DNA from: the human T2T-CHM13v2.0 reference genome, Homo sapiens | Length of the DNA stretch: 64,000 bases | Direction: 5' to 3' (one strand) | Assembly: GCF_009914755.1 (NCBI RefSeq) | Contig: NC_060929.1 | Part shown: positions 15,401 to 30,775 of the stretch, in pieces | Layout of the letters: every line of letters begins with the position of its first letter | Position numbering within the stretch: the stretch's first letter is position 1 | Notes under the pieces: generated by a model | Database searches by the model: none | Told to the model about the DNA's origin: nothing | What the model saw: only the letters and a program-made list of their open reading frames with translations | Position numbers and translations under genes: made by a program

Positions 15401-15735
15401 CTTTTATCCCAACTGTACATGTTATGGTTTAAAATTTAGCAAAATTTTACATTCAAACAATAATTTAGTTTATATACATGTATTTCTTTCTATGTAAATT
15501 GATTTTTTTGAGTTACCAAATCCATGTAAGCTCCTTGTAGAAAATTTGAAGGAAAAAAAATCTAAGAAAAACATTACCTATAATCCATCCACATAAGGAT
15601 AATTACTGCTATAACATGCAACATCCTTTTGCTTCTCTGGCTGATTTGGATCTTAATATATGTTACATTCACATATAGACATATACAAATTATTTTTCAT
15701 CAGAGAGGTTATGTTTTATTTTTAATATTATTAAT

Positions 15736-15805
15736 TTCCTTTCATCCTTCCTTTCTTCCTTCCTTCCTTCCTTCCTTCCCTCCTTTCTTCCTTCTTTCCT
15801 TCCCT
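15736..15805. repeat. (TTCC)n polypyrimidine microsatellite
   Basis: Direct reading. Confidence 0.9.
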
Positions 15806-16815
15806 TTTGTTTTATTATTATACTTTCTTCTGTTGTATGAAACATTCACTCTGGACTTTATGTGTTAATAGAACATTTATAACTTTTTAATAAATTTGAT
15901 AGCCTCTGTAGATCTCACTACTCTCTCACATACAAAACAGAGCATGAAAGCTCTGTTTTGGCTAAGTGAGGTGTCTTATATACTCTTGCTCCAAAATATT
16001 AGTTCAATTTCTTACTTCAAACAAACTGAAAATTTGGAATGTCTCTACCCACCAAATCAGTGTGCTATAGAAGGCTATATTTATAGTCAGAAGACACAGC
16101 TTTGTATCTGTGATATGTTTATAAGTACTTGAGAAAGCTGCTTCACTTCTTTGGAGCCCAGTTAACAATATTTAACAAGAAAGGTTGTAATGCTGTAAAA
16201 GAGACAGTAAAGGTAAAAGAACATAAAGCTTGACATATAATAAGCAATACTACTTGGCTCTCAACATATCCCAAAACAATCATTCTTCAGTCCCACTCAC
16301 AAACCCACTTCTCTCTTGGAACCTTCTGTGACTACTTATTGGCTGGACAATTGTGGTAACGTCGTTTAACCTCAATGGACATGTTTCCTTAATTCTGAAA
16401 CAAACATTTAATTCTATGGCTTTGGGGTTTCCTCTATAAAATTCAATTGCAGTTTCAAATCTTCTCTCTCTGTGAAATTGTGTGAAACACTCTTATTCCT
16501 TGTCTCCTTCCTCCTCACCATTTTGTTCCCTTTCCTTCCTTCAGGTTGTAACACATTGCGAAGAAAAGAAGGTACCTAATAAATGCTTATTGATTTTAAA
16601 TCCTGTAATATTTTAGATTTTATCTCATAATAAAAGCAGATAATAATCACCCGATGAGTCAAAATACCTGATTATTTCAAGCAACCACAGTTTTAGGAAC
16701 AAAAATGTTATATTTAACAACGTTGATACTAAGGAGAGCTCACATTCAATATATTGACAAACAAGGAATATTGGTTTGTGTTTATATTTAAATAAAGAAG
16801 TCTAAAAGTTTAGAA

Positions 16816-16899
16816 GTATTACATTGGTGCAAAAGTAACTGCAGTTTTTGCTATTGAAAGTAATGACAAAAACTGCAATTAATTTTATACCAACCTAAT
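16816..16899 (-). ncRNA. MIR548P: pre-miR-548p hairpin (MADE1-derived), intronic and sense to the host gene
   Basis: 84-nt palindromic MADE1 MITE. Minus strand 16832-16853 reads UAGCAAAAACUGCAGUUACUUU, matching miR-548p as I recall it. Confidence 0.85.
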
Positions 16900-17268
16900 A
16901 ATGATAGTTTTTTCTCTTAAAATGTTATTCTTCTTCCAAAAATCAAATGTGACAATTTCTAGAAGAATTTGAATATCAAGGATGGAATCTCACTGTGCCA
17001 ACAGTTGTAATTTAATGTTATATTATAAGCAAAGTTTCCATTAATGAGCCCAGAAATTCTTCTATCTGGAATGTGAGATGAAGTGTATAACAAAATATAC
17101 CTTTGTATTCTTAATTAAGGAGTCTCCTCTATTTCTCCTCTCATATTTGTCTTCCAGTAACTGAGATTTGTGCTGCATTCCACTGGAAGTCTATGTCAAG
17201 GGTTAAAAAAATGTCTTTTGGTTCTTCCAGTCTGCAGTAATTTGAGATATTATAAAATAATTGGCTTT

Positions 17269-17594
<326 letters not shown>

Positions 17595-18269
17595 AGATAA
17601 TTGGCTTTCTATTAGTAATCTTTGCAGGACATATCTGCACATTCTCAACTCTAGAGTCACCCCAGAAACCTAATAGAGACCATTTATGATGACCTTATTT
17701 TTCCCATCAAAAATCACAGTATGGAGCAATAAATAAATGTATGTTTTTTGAGATTCCATCATTCACATTTGTCAATATGTCCATTCATTCTTATGAGGAG
17801 TATATGTGTGTCAGCTACATAACATGAAACTTAAAGCAGTCATCCGTGGACATATTGAAATAGAATATCTGCTGTTTTCTTCCCTACTGTTAAAATAGTC
17901 CTTTCATTGTATTCTAGTCTGCAGTATATTACATAAAGCACAAACAAGTTAATTCTGTTTTGAAATTATTTTGGTACAGTTCATGATACCTTTTAAGATT
18001 ATGAGATGGCTTGTGTTTGTCAGATAAAGCAGGGATGATAGTAAATTTCTTAAATAAAAGTGGAACTTCCAGCACTGAACTTGCTGAGAATAATTCACTC
18101 TGCCATGAAGTAATCCTTATAGTATGCCAGACAGACAATAAGTGATAGATCTTAAATCTTCTTCTAATGTGTGTAAATAAAGGGACAGACAGACATATTT
18201 AACATGATTTGGCAAGCTAAGAGTAAACCTAGGGATAAAAAGATAAGCGATTACTAAGAGGTAGCAATA

Positions 18270-18500
18270 AGAATAATTTATTGAGAGTATATAATGGGCC
18301 AGAGACAGTGTAAAGAGCTCTATATGTGGTGCTTTTTCATTTAATCCTCACCAAAAACCTGTGAGTAGATGTTATGTCATAGCTGAGGACACTGAGGCTT
18401 GGTGGTGATGGGAAAGAAAGGATAAATAATCAGTTGAAGGTCACAGAAATTGTAGGTGACAGGACCAAGATTTAAGCTCACATATATCTGGCTATAACTA
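18270..18500 (-). mobile_element. MIR relic
   Basis: catttaatcctcac...gaggacactgaggct...aaggtcacag; boundaries approximate. Confidence 0.6.
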
Positions 18501-19545
18501 TTTTAATTTTAACTTTAAAAAATTGTATTCTTTAGCTACTTAAGAACATTCAGCTTGGAATAGCAAGTCCTTAGGATCATTTCCAACATGGAGTTAATAG
18601 GTGGAAAAAATAAATAATGATCTGTATGGTGTTATGGTGATTAACAGGCCAGTATCAATAGTGGTTTTTTTTCTATGTGTGAAGCTTTTTGGGAATTTTT
18701 TTCAAAGGTAAATAAGAGAGGACTAGTATAAAGGACCCACTTTTCTCATGTACACTCTCAAAAGTGCTTGAAGTCAGAAGACAATTTTGTACTTTCACTA
18801 TATATTTTACTTAACCACATTGCAAATGACAAAGGCAATGACATTGTACCAAAGGGTATGAATTTCCATGCAGAATTGCATGATGCCTCTGAAGGTATTT
18901 TGAAGTATCATTAAAATGAAAGCAGAAGTCTGTAACTTTAAGAGGTCAATTGTTAATTTTTTTTTCTATGTGCCCTTTGTATTCAGAGGTCTGTGTCAAG
19001 TAGCTGAGAAAAAGAAAGTAGAAAATCTTTTCTACAGAAGCTCTTCATAGTATACATACAGACAATACTTTATCAAACTTTATAAGCTTAATTCATCAGA
19101 GGCATAAAGGACTCATGGCATGAAGAAAGGAATGGAGATACTACTTTATGCTCAATGATCACTAAATTCTATTCAGTACCGATGTATGTTATCTGACGTC
19201 TATCAGAGAAATAAGGCTTTGCTGTTAGCTCTGAATTTCACCCCTCTTCTTTTTATCTGTCTATGCACATTGTCACATCAAGTATGGATACAATGTTAAG
19301 AAATTCTAGATCTACCTATATTATGTTGATTTTGCCAACTGTCTCATATTTAGTGAATACGTAACTCTCATTATTGTGATATTAATAATTTTACTCCATA
19401 TAGTTTCAAACCACTTTCACATGATCCTCATAAAATATTATAATATACACAATAGAATATATTATCATCCCTACTTCATAGAGGATGCAGTTGTGGCTCA
19501 AGAAGTAAAATAGCTTATCCAGTTTTACTCAGCCAACAAGCTGTA

Positions 19546-19935
19546 CATTGGTACGTTGGTGAATGTTTAAAGCAGACACTGGGTGTCGGGAGACAGTTCA
19601 ATGATATATTAGCATTTGTCAATTTCTGTGGAAATTCTAAGTGGTTCCTAAAAGCATTCCCAGCAAGTATCATACTAATAGCATTTGGGAAGGTTAGTCA
19701 AATATAAATCTTTATTCTCTATTTTTATTCCTGCCATAAAGGGCAGATACTGTAGGAACTACCCATTTAGACAATTGCCTTGTCCCTGGCATAAATTGAA
19801 CACTCAAAAAAAGGTAAATATTACCATCATGGCTGATTTCAAGCTACCAACCTGACATCAGTGAACACTGAATTGGGAAGAGATGGTGCAATGAGATCTT
19901 GCCAGCCAGTACAAGCAAGCTCCAGTATTCTTCAG
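19546..19935 (-). mobile_element. MER63-type hAT DNA transposon interrupted by a 181-nt insertion
   Basis: tagcatttgtcaatttctgtgg ... gtaaatattaccatcatggctgatttcaagctaccaac...gggaagagatg...gccagtacaagcaagctccag; aligns to the reverse complement of the copy at 37876-38083. Confidence 0.8.
19632..19806 (+). repeat. Copy A of a local ~175-bp direct duplication
   Basis: Matches 22079-22251 except for 2 substitutions and one 2-nt indel. Confidence 0.97.
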
Positions 19936-22078
19936 ACGCAGAAGAGAGAGAAAATATTCCTCCTGGCCTGTAGCTTCATGAGTTTTGATCAAGAAAATCA
20001 ATTTAAAAAATTACTTAGAAACATTTCCAGGTATTAGTTGTTTATTCCATTTGTGAAGAGAGAAAATGGAGTAAACCATTTATAAAGAGAGAAAGTGGAG
20101 TAAGGAAGCTGTCTTTGTAAAGATAGCTTCATTACATATTAATATAAATGTTTAACATTATCTAATAAAAATAGAAACAGAAGAGATAAATGATGGTTTT
20201 ATTTTTAACTCATATTCAACACAATGCTGGATACACAGTAGGTACTTAATGCATGCTTATTTAATTTATTCTTGCTGGTATTTTAGAGATTTGTAGTGTT
20301 AATAAAACAGAGCATTCTCATGACTTGCTAATCCCTGAGTTACAATATTCAATAGTGGGAAAGTATTGGAAAAACTGAAGCCCAGCCTTGATTTACCTTT
20401 GTTAATGATGTGATCTTGGTCAAACCATTTAAACATATTAGGACCCAGTTTACCCACCAACAAAATGAGGATCTTAATATGGTTTCACTATGTCTAAAAC
20501 ATTCACTTCTATATGGTCAAAAGCAGTATGAATTCACAATAAGGAACACGGGAGTTCATCCAACTATAGCAGTAGTCTAATCTTTACATCTTGCTGGCAG
20601 ATACTAACTACCCCTACTTTATCTGACATAACATGCAGCATTTCTCTTCAATCGCATTATAGAGCTATTTGGTAAGATCATCCCTACTGAAAAACTTACA
20701 ATATAATTTCCACTTTCCTGTAACACTTGTAACTAGGGGTCATATAATCTTTTCTCCTAACAAATTCATAATTAATGTATTTTTTCAAATTTACTTATTC
20801 ATTTTAATTGACATATAAAATTGTATATATTTATTATATAAAACATGATGTTTTGATAATGCTTGATAATCTGAAAGTCATAAAATGACCCCTTACAATT
20901 TCAAAGCTAAAGCTAATGTAAGAGAATGAAGTCACAGGAAAATGGAATCTTGCTGAAAACTGAGAAAAATTAAACAAAAATAACCAGAGAGAATACTCTA
21001 GACTTTATTTACCATGTCAGATTGTTGAATGGAACTAAAATAGATGACTCCCAAACTACATGAGTGATTTAAATAATCGTATGTGGGCTAGATTTTGGTG
21101 AAGAAGAATTTTAAAAATAAGCATCATATAATAGATGGATTATAACTGCATTTAGTAAAATATCTTTTGGGAGTTGTCAAAGAGAATGCTTAAAATCTTG
21201 AGCTGGCAAATTGGAGGTAGAGTAAAATATGAAACAGATGTCAAACCACAGATGTTAATGGCCTTTTCTTTTAATCCATTACTATTTTAATGACCTTCAC
21301 GTTTAATCCTTCTGAGAAAAAACTGAAACTCGTAATCTAAACTTGCAGAATGAAGAAGTGGTGACATACAAAAAGTGAAATACTAGAAAAATAGAAAGGG
21401 ATGGTCTTCTGAAGCATGATGAAGGAGTTAAATTAGGTTAACATTTAAGTGCTCTTATGAGATCAGATTACTTTTTGAAAATCAAAAACCATGGAAACTA
21501 CATTTTTCTTACTAAGATTGAAAGGAAACAGTGCAATCATTTATCAGAGGACATGGAGTCCTACAAAGAAAAAAAAAGCATTAAAATACAAGGGGTGGTA
21601 GTGGTGTAGGTAATCCTAACGCTCAGTAAAAATGGGTTAGATAGGGAAGACGATAATGATCTAGGTGTTTATCCATGCAAATTTTTTATTTACATTAACA
21701 AGGAGTCCAAGGAGGCACTTAGAGAATATACTTTCATACTCCCCAGCCTATATGAGGTTAGTTTCCCAATAAAAGTTAATTTTACTATGACAATAAAATA
21801 TAAACAACTCTTCTAATGGTCTGATGATCTTATTTTAGCTTGATCTGGACTCTTTACAAATGGATATGCTCAGTTTACATCAATAAATCAGGTTACATTA
21901 ACCTCCCAGATAGTTGTGCTAAAATCAATTTCAAGAAAAGTAAGGAACAACAAATGTGATCTATATTCCATTGAATAATGTAATATATTCTTGCTATCAA
22001 AGTACACTAACTAAACATCAGTCAAGGATCAGAGTTCTCAAATCCCAGCAAATGAATAGAATTAAGATAGCCATAAGC

Positions 22079-22251
22079 AAATTCTAAGTGGTTCCTAAAA
22101 GCATTCCCAGCAAGTATCAAACTAATAGCATTTGGGGGTTAGTCAAATATAAATCTTTATTCTCTATTTTTATTCCTGCCATAAAGGGCAGATACTGTAG
22201 GAACTGCCCATTTAGACAATTGCCTTGTCCCTGGCATAAATTGAACACTCA
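22079..22251 (+). repeat. Copy B (probable donor) of the local ~175-bp direct duplication
   Basis: aaattctaagtggttcc...ataaattgaacactca, same orientation as 19632-19806. Confidence 0.97.
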
Positions 22252-22999
22252 GACAAGGGCTTTCCATGAGCATATAAGAAAGGGAACTTCCCAGCTGAGG
22301 AAAACCTCCATGAAGGATAATGTTAAGACAATGACAAGGTGGCAGGCTTTGGGTTTTGAATTATATTACAAAGCCACTGTTTTAATTCTGCTCCACAAAA
22401 TTAGAGAAAAACTTTCAACTTTTAGCCCTGAAACTTTAAAGGGCTATAAGACGCTATGAAATATTTTTCATTAGTCAAATATTAATAAATACCTGGATTG
22501 TTTTTTCCCTCCACATGTCAATCTCTATTTGGTGAAATTTCAGTCTATTCAAACCATCGCTAATTTTCCTCCCTTTACTTTTTGTTTGAATCAACGGTGA
22601 TACCTTCAACACATTTTAGGCAGAATCACTTAATTTATAAACTGCATTTATAAAATGGTTGCCGAATCAAGAACATTAATATAGAGAAAGTTTCTAAAAT
22701 AATGTTAATGTTCCTATTGAACAACTTCGGTACAGTGAAAAATCCTAGGACTTAGAATGGAGTCAGCCCTCAGAGTGTAAGCTCTAAGCCTTGGCTAGTC
22801 CTTGCAATGTCTGTGTTTCAGATTCCTGATCTCTAAATTTGGGTAAAAACATTTTCCCTTTAGGAATGCTAAAAGAATTGAATGATAACGTACAAATAAT
22901 AGTTCACTGTAAATTACGAATCAATATGTAAATGAAATTTAATATATTATGTCGAAGAAATCACATTAACAAAATCAGGTCACAATACCTATGTACATG

Positions 23000-23854
<855 letters not shown>

Positions 23855-25108
23855 CCTGCTCATATAACACTCAACTCAACCAACAAATTTAAGTTCAGTT
23901 TCATTTAACTCTTATCTTTGTTTATAATTTAACGAACTAGTGCCTGAATTATACAACCAGGAATTTAAAATTATCCGGTAAAACAAAACAAATGAAGAAA
24001 CAAAAAACTCCAATAGTTACTTTTTTTGGACTTGATACATTTTAGAAAGCAGTGAAAACTGATCATGTGGTGTCAATCTAGAATGTGGACTATACAATTC
24101 AACTCAATATAGCAATCATGAAATTCACTTAAATTTAGAGGCACTGCCTAAGACAAACATTTATTCCATACAATTTGTTTTCTTTCTATCGAACTGGTGT
24201 AATAGAAATTCAAGAATGAGAGTCACAAACTTTTTTACTGACAGTTTGAATAAGAATATAAGTTGATAGAGATAATTAACTCAGACTTTATAACAATAAA
24301 CTTAAAGAGGGTGAAATATAACTTTCTTTAAAATGGAAATGTGATTGAAATGGCTTTTTGTTGTTGTTATTGTTCAAGAGGAATATTTCCATAATAAAGC
24401 CTCTCTAATCACTTGTTTGATGATTGGTTCTACTTGGGCAAAAAATCTGAAGAAAGGCAATCTGTGGGAGTTGGTTTACGAAGAAATGTACAGTATTATT
24501 GACCATCTGTTTCTATTTTAGTACATTCATGTAATATTGTTTTGTATGATGACTCAAATTTCATGTATAAACTGCTAAAATGCATGTAATACCTGTAGAG
24601 TGCAGAAGGCAAGAGAAGAATCTAGGGTATATAGAGGTTCAAAAAGAAACTATAGAGTGCTAGAGTATAAACTGCATTAAAATATTGGGGAAATATTAAG
24701 TTTAAAATATTAAGAAACCTCACATTGTATCTCTAATGGGGTTACTTAACTAAAAGACAACTGAAATAGCTCAGTTGCTATCTTAATTCTTTCTTTGGAA
24801 GAAGGCTATGAATCCATAAAATTTATGGGAACTCTTTAAGGGATATCCAGAGGATCCTACATTTTGAACATTCATGAAAAAAAAAGGCTTTTTATTTTTG
24901 GTCTAACAATTGTGTATCAAAGCAAACTCAGGAACTAAGGAACTCTGTTATATATCTCTAAGGAATTTTAAATTATAGCATCTGAAAAAAAAGGTGGAGG
25001 GGGGCAAGGTAAGCCATCCCATTCAGTTCCTTAATCAAATAAGAAAATACACCTAATGAGTTCCTCCAATGGCTGCCTACACAAAAGATTTAGTTAATAA
25101 GATCCTTA

Positions 25109-25405
25109 GGTCAGGCACAGTGGCTCATGCCTGCAATCCCATCACTTTGGGAGGTTGAGGTGGGAGGGTCCTGGAGGCCAAAGGTGTGAGACCAGCCTGG
25201 GCAACATAGCAAGACCCTGTCTTGACAAAAAAAAAAAAAAATAGCCAGCAGTAGTGGCATACACCTGTAGTCTTAGTTATTGGAGAGGCAGAGGTGGGAG
25301 GATAACTTGAGCCCAGGAGTTTGGGGTTACAGTGAGCTATTATCATGCCACTGCACTCCAGCCTGGGTGACAGTATGAGACTATCTCTAAAAAAGTAATA
25401 AAAAT
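25109..25405 (+). mobile_element. AluJ-type
   Basis: Diverged dimer with gcaacatagcaagaccc and cttgagcccaggagtt J-type features. Confidence 0.9.
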
Positions 25406-26130
25406 AAGAGATTTTACCAGATTGTTAGAACCAATGATTATTCACTGTCAGAGAAACATACAGATTCCTAGAGTGGGATATAAGTAGAAGAAGTATAATA
25501 AATACAGTTGTTTTGATTGGGTTCAAATCATATTATTTAATTTATTTTGCAATTCTAAATATTGCTAAAGATAGACATGAGATTTCATGTGTATTTATTT
25601 ATTTATTTAATTATTTATTTTTTGGAAGCAAGGGTTAAAGAAACTTTGAGGATGGTCTATGATTCTACTGAATTATATTTTATATATTAACATTAAACTT
25701 CCTATATCAGTGATGTTGAAATTAAGTAATGAGCACAGAAATAAGAAGTGCATTAGTGTCTGCCTAGGATAGTTGACATTTTTGTTATCAAATTCTGTCT
25801 GTAGCATATGAAGTTTTCAAATTTGCAAGTGTTCAATAATTAAGATTTATTCCAGACCAACTGCCAATTAGATTGTTCTCATAGACTTTAAAGAAAGCGA
25901 AGGATACTCAGTTTGATTGCTCTTTCCACTGCAAGAATTATCAGGTCAGAAACAGGCTCTGAAAGTGCAGGACCATAACTGAACTCTGGACATTAAGTGG
26001 CGTTTTAGGTCTGGCCACTGGCTATTGTAAGGAAAATATATATTATTTATGAATAGGCTATCGATATATAAATAAATGTACCTTTTCTAGCCATATAATT
26101 AAGGTCTGTCTTAGGTAGATATTTTTGTCA

Positions 26131-26192
26131 TTATTTACCTAACCTGTAGCTTGTAGAGAGATTATTCACCTAATTTGTAGCTTGTAGAGAGC
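26131..26192. repeat. 31-bp tandem duplication (2 copies)
   Basis: ttatttacctaacctgtagcttgtagagaga / ttattcacctaatttgtagcttgtagagagc. Confidence 0.9.
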
Positions 26193-27273
26193 TTATCCTA
26201 ACACCAAATTGTCAGTAATGCTTAATTTGACTTGCCTATATTAGGGTCAAAAAATACAATTATAATTTATATAATTACATAAAATACAATTCAGCAGAGC
26301 AAACACATCCTTGTCAAGGGGATAGCTCATTTCTTTCTCTTTTAACATTTCACCAGCTCTTACTGTATTTCCAGAATTCTAGTTCTTTTGAAGAATGTTC
26401 TTACTGGATAGAAACACAGGCAACCTGATGAACTTTTGGTTGGTTTGGAGCAACTTAATTTTTTTTTTATTATTATGTGGTTCTATAGAATAAAGAAATT
26501 GGAACTATATGGCAATGCTAAATAATGATCTTCCAGTATTTCTTGCCACACACCCTGGCCAGTTCCCCTATTCGTTGTTTCTTCTCTATATTTAAGAGCT
26601 GACTACATATGCCAATGTGGGAAAACATTGCTCCTTTTCAAACAGAAGTTCTACTTAAGTTTCAATTTCCAGTTGATTCATCAAAACAAAGCTGGTTCAG
26701 AAAGGGGAAAAATTACAAATTGCTTACATCTGTTCAATGTAAAACATTATTCATAATCTGCCAGTGATGATGGCTAAGCCATCTGGGGAATATGATAGGT
26801 ACTTGGGGCCAAAAAAAAATACGAAAACAAAAATCACAGTGCAATGAAGAAGTGACAAGTGTGAAGGTCTGAAGGTTATCCTGTAGTTCAGTTATGGCTT
26901 TCAGGTATTTGGGGATATGCAAGTTCTAAATTTATACGTGAAAAAACTGGAAACACTTATATACTTAACATTTTCACATAACAAGCCTGAATATACTTGT
27001 TAAGTTAATGAATTATTAAAATCAAGAGTTTCTGAGAAAAACAAGTGAAACAAATTGTTACAGGGTATCATTAGGTAATATATCATTTCATTCTAATTAA
27101 TAAAGTAAATATCTATATGAGTGTCCTATTCAGAATAGTTATATAACATGTATAGTTATATGTTGTATATTATATTTACATAAACAATTATATATAATAC
27201 ATTAATACATCGAATCCTATCTGTAAATGTATATAACACATATGTAAATATATATATTCAGTTTTCTATTCAG

Positions 27274-27319
27274 ATATATGTGTGTGTGTATACACACACA
27301 CACACACACACACACACAT
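27274..27319. repeat. (TG)n-TA-(CA)n compound microsatellite
   Basis: Direct reading. Confidence 0.95.
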
Positions 27320-29959
27320 CCCATAGGAAGGAAATTTCCTCCCCAAGTTTTTGTTACCACTTATTTGGGCACACTTGTAGGGTGATACACGTTAATTCCT
27401 TATTAGAAAAACACTTATAAAATCACTAATTATATTCACTGGGCTTCTCCTGACACTAATGGTACAAGTCAGAAGTTTTGAAGTTCTATTATAAATATGT
27501 TGCTAGCACTATACATTTGTCAGAGTGTTGAAGAGAATAAGTTCAATATCAAGAAATAAATATAAAATAACTTAAATCTACGTTGTGAAAACATCTCTTT
27601 TTCAGATGTGTCATGGATAATCTATAACAATTTTGTCTTCATTAAGGAAAAAGGACAACTGGATATCTTAACTCTGTATGGCTTACAAATGTTCCCTGCC
27701 CCTCTCACATGAAAACTAAGAAAATTATGCCTTCAGAAAATGCTCAGCAATCAGAGATGAGAAGAGGTACTGGGGTCACTTGCACACATCTGCATATTTA
27801 ATATGGACCATCCTGCTGAAAAAACTCACATTCAAATATGACTAGAGCTGCTGTGCATTTGTATTCATTCCACCATGGAAACAGTTTGAATGCTTTTCTC
27901 TGGAGACTTATGTATCTCAGTGACAGCTGCATTGCCACAATATGCTGAAGTGCTCATCTTGACAGGTCATATCCTGGATTTTACATTCTGAATGGCAGCT
28001 GGGATGCCAGAGTGTTTTCTCACAGTGGGTGGGTCCTGTATTTAATCAGGCACTCCCTGGCTTCAGAGACAAACTGCACGTGTGGTCATAGGCAACTCTA
28101 AGAAATCCAGGATGTATCTTTGTCACTCTAGTTCCTCCCTAAATAGCACTGACATTCACAGCAACAATCTACGGCTCTACAAGAACAGGGCAAAGTGCAT
28201 TTTAAGATCACAGATTTCCTATGTTTTATTGTAGCACTTTGCCCTGATGCCATGTGCAACATCAGTACTGTACACTGTTGATAAACACTGGTTAAGTAAT
28301 TCAAATTTCAAACTGAAATCTATTTCTATATCCACTTAGCTATGCATATACAGAATGTATATACTGAAGCAAAAATAAAACACTCTAATTTACAGTTCTG
28401 GGACATCTCACTAATCAGAGCAAACCTGCGATTGCAACTACAAAAACATGAGTCCACTACCATTCACTGGAAAGTAAATTACCTGTCCTGGGAGAGCCTG
28501 GGGTTCTGGGGGAGTTTTCACTTCTCGGGTTCATTACACACTGGGGCCTGCATAAACCAACTACCGTGTAAAACCCTAATGAGCTGATGAGTAATAAATT
28601 GATACGTGCTGAAATAAGGAACATTTTTGTCAGCCTTTCAGAGTTCCTCTTTTGTGCCAGGCAAGCAGCTTTCCAAAACATTCACTCATAGCTCCCTGAG
28701 AAAGCAACTTTCCGGTACTCCTTAGGGTCAGTGTGCTTTTTGCAGGCTCCAAGCTCCACTTTTCCTTCTCTGAGACCTCAAAAAGCAATACCTCTTTGAA
28801 AATCCCTCAAAGTGGCTCATTATGGATCAAAAGCTTTTCTGTTAGACGGAAACATAGGTTGGATTTAAGATTTCTAATCACGTCTTTGCTAAAAGGCTCC
28901 TCTCAGGCCAAAAGTTGATTTTGCCCTGGATTTCCTCACTCATGGGACCCCATAGACATCTCTAGGGCTATTTCCCTTGCCTAAACCTGCACTTTGCCTC
29001 TAGAAAATTTAGGTAGAAAGGGCTTAGAATTCTAGAAGAGGATCAGAAGACTGTGTGGGATGTGGAAGATCCTTAGTCTTGAACAAGCATTGGTTCAAGT
29101 CAAAAGAGGTAAACTACTATTTTTTAATACTATTTTTAAGTAAGCAAGGGAAGAGTTCCGTTTTTTTTCAAAGGCCCATATTCCTGGGAAATTTTCTCAG
29201 CAGGTCTGAGACTGAGAAGAATTTTCATTAGCTTAATTATTGCAGCCAGGAAAAGAACAAAGACTTGTCAAATGACTCACTATGAAATAACGACGAATTC
29301 TGATGCAGGCAATATTTGAGCTCAAAACACAGCCCAGTGACCTATAAAAACAGTGTGGGAATAGTCATTTGTAGGTGTAGGAATATTCGCAAGTCACATA
29401 TCTTTACCTATAAACTGCGAATATTCTGCGCATAGGAGCATCAGTGTGTATTCACGCTTGCTCTCACCTCACTGCCATGCTCTGCTCTCTTGGGCTAATT
29501 GCCAAGAGAATCCCAGCGAACAGTACCCAGTGAGCCCCTACAAAGCGGTGTGAGCTATGCAGTCTTCCCCAGCACTGTCTCTCTCTCCCCTCCAAATAGT
29601 TATCTATCGGTTTGATCACTAAAGATTCTTTGTCTTTTGGTCTCTCATGGATTAGAAATTTAAACTCAAACCTTTTTCAAATACAAGCACCTATATATTA
29701 TTTGATCTATTTTTTCCCTTCACTCCTCCCAACTATTACCTAAACGCTTTGATAAATCTTTTCATTTACTTGAACTTTTTTCCTTTGCCTGAATTCTATT
29801 TTAGAGTAATAAAGATTGAAACAATAGGATATTGACAGTGATATATCTATAATAGGGGAAAGGAAAGTCATAAGTTACAGTAGACATAATAAAGTACTTG
29901 TTGTGTATAACCTCTAAAATTCTCGAACACATTCAGATCCTTTAGAATTACTACATGTC

Positions 29960-30349
<390 letters not shown>

Positions 30350-30554
30350 TTATTTATTATTTATGTTTCATTTTTAAGAGTATACTCATGTTATTTTTGC
30401 AATCTTTGGTCATAAATGTGCCACACTGAAGATAAAATACTTATGTGGCTCGCTCTAAGACTTTAGCAATCGCTTGCAAAACTGTTGAAGACCTGTTACA
30501 AGGGGCAAGTAAGTGAAAGGGAATAGAGTTTACAAGACATTCTGTGCAATAATT

Positions 30555-30775
30555 ATGGGTGTAGACTCTGGAGCCAGACCGATGAGTTTCAAAGCCTAGT
30601 GTTACCACTTACTATGTGAGCTGGTATAAGATATTTGATTTCATTGTGCTTTATTTCATCGTCAATAAAATGGGAATATTATTTACCTTATAGAGTTGTT
30701 ATGGAGACCAAATAAAGTAAAATTTGTAAAGTGCTTTAAGTAATGCCTAGCACATAATTAGTACTGTAGTATTTA
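30555..30775 (+). mobile_element. MIR relic
   Basis: gactctggagccagac...ccacttactatgtga...taaaatgggaat...gtaaagtgcttt...tgcctagcacata. Confidence 0.7.

Noticed and set aside
22088-22459. 123-aa ORF starting in the duplicated segment
   Set aside because: GTG start, no recognisable homology, antisense intronic; length compatible with chance.
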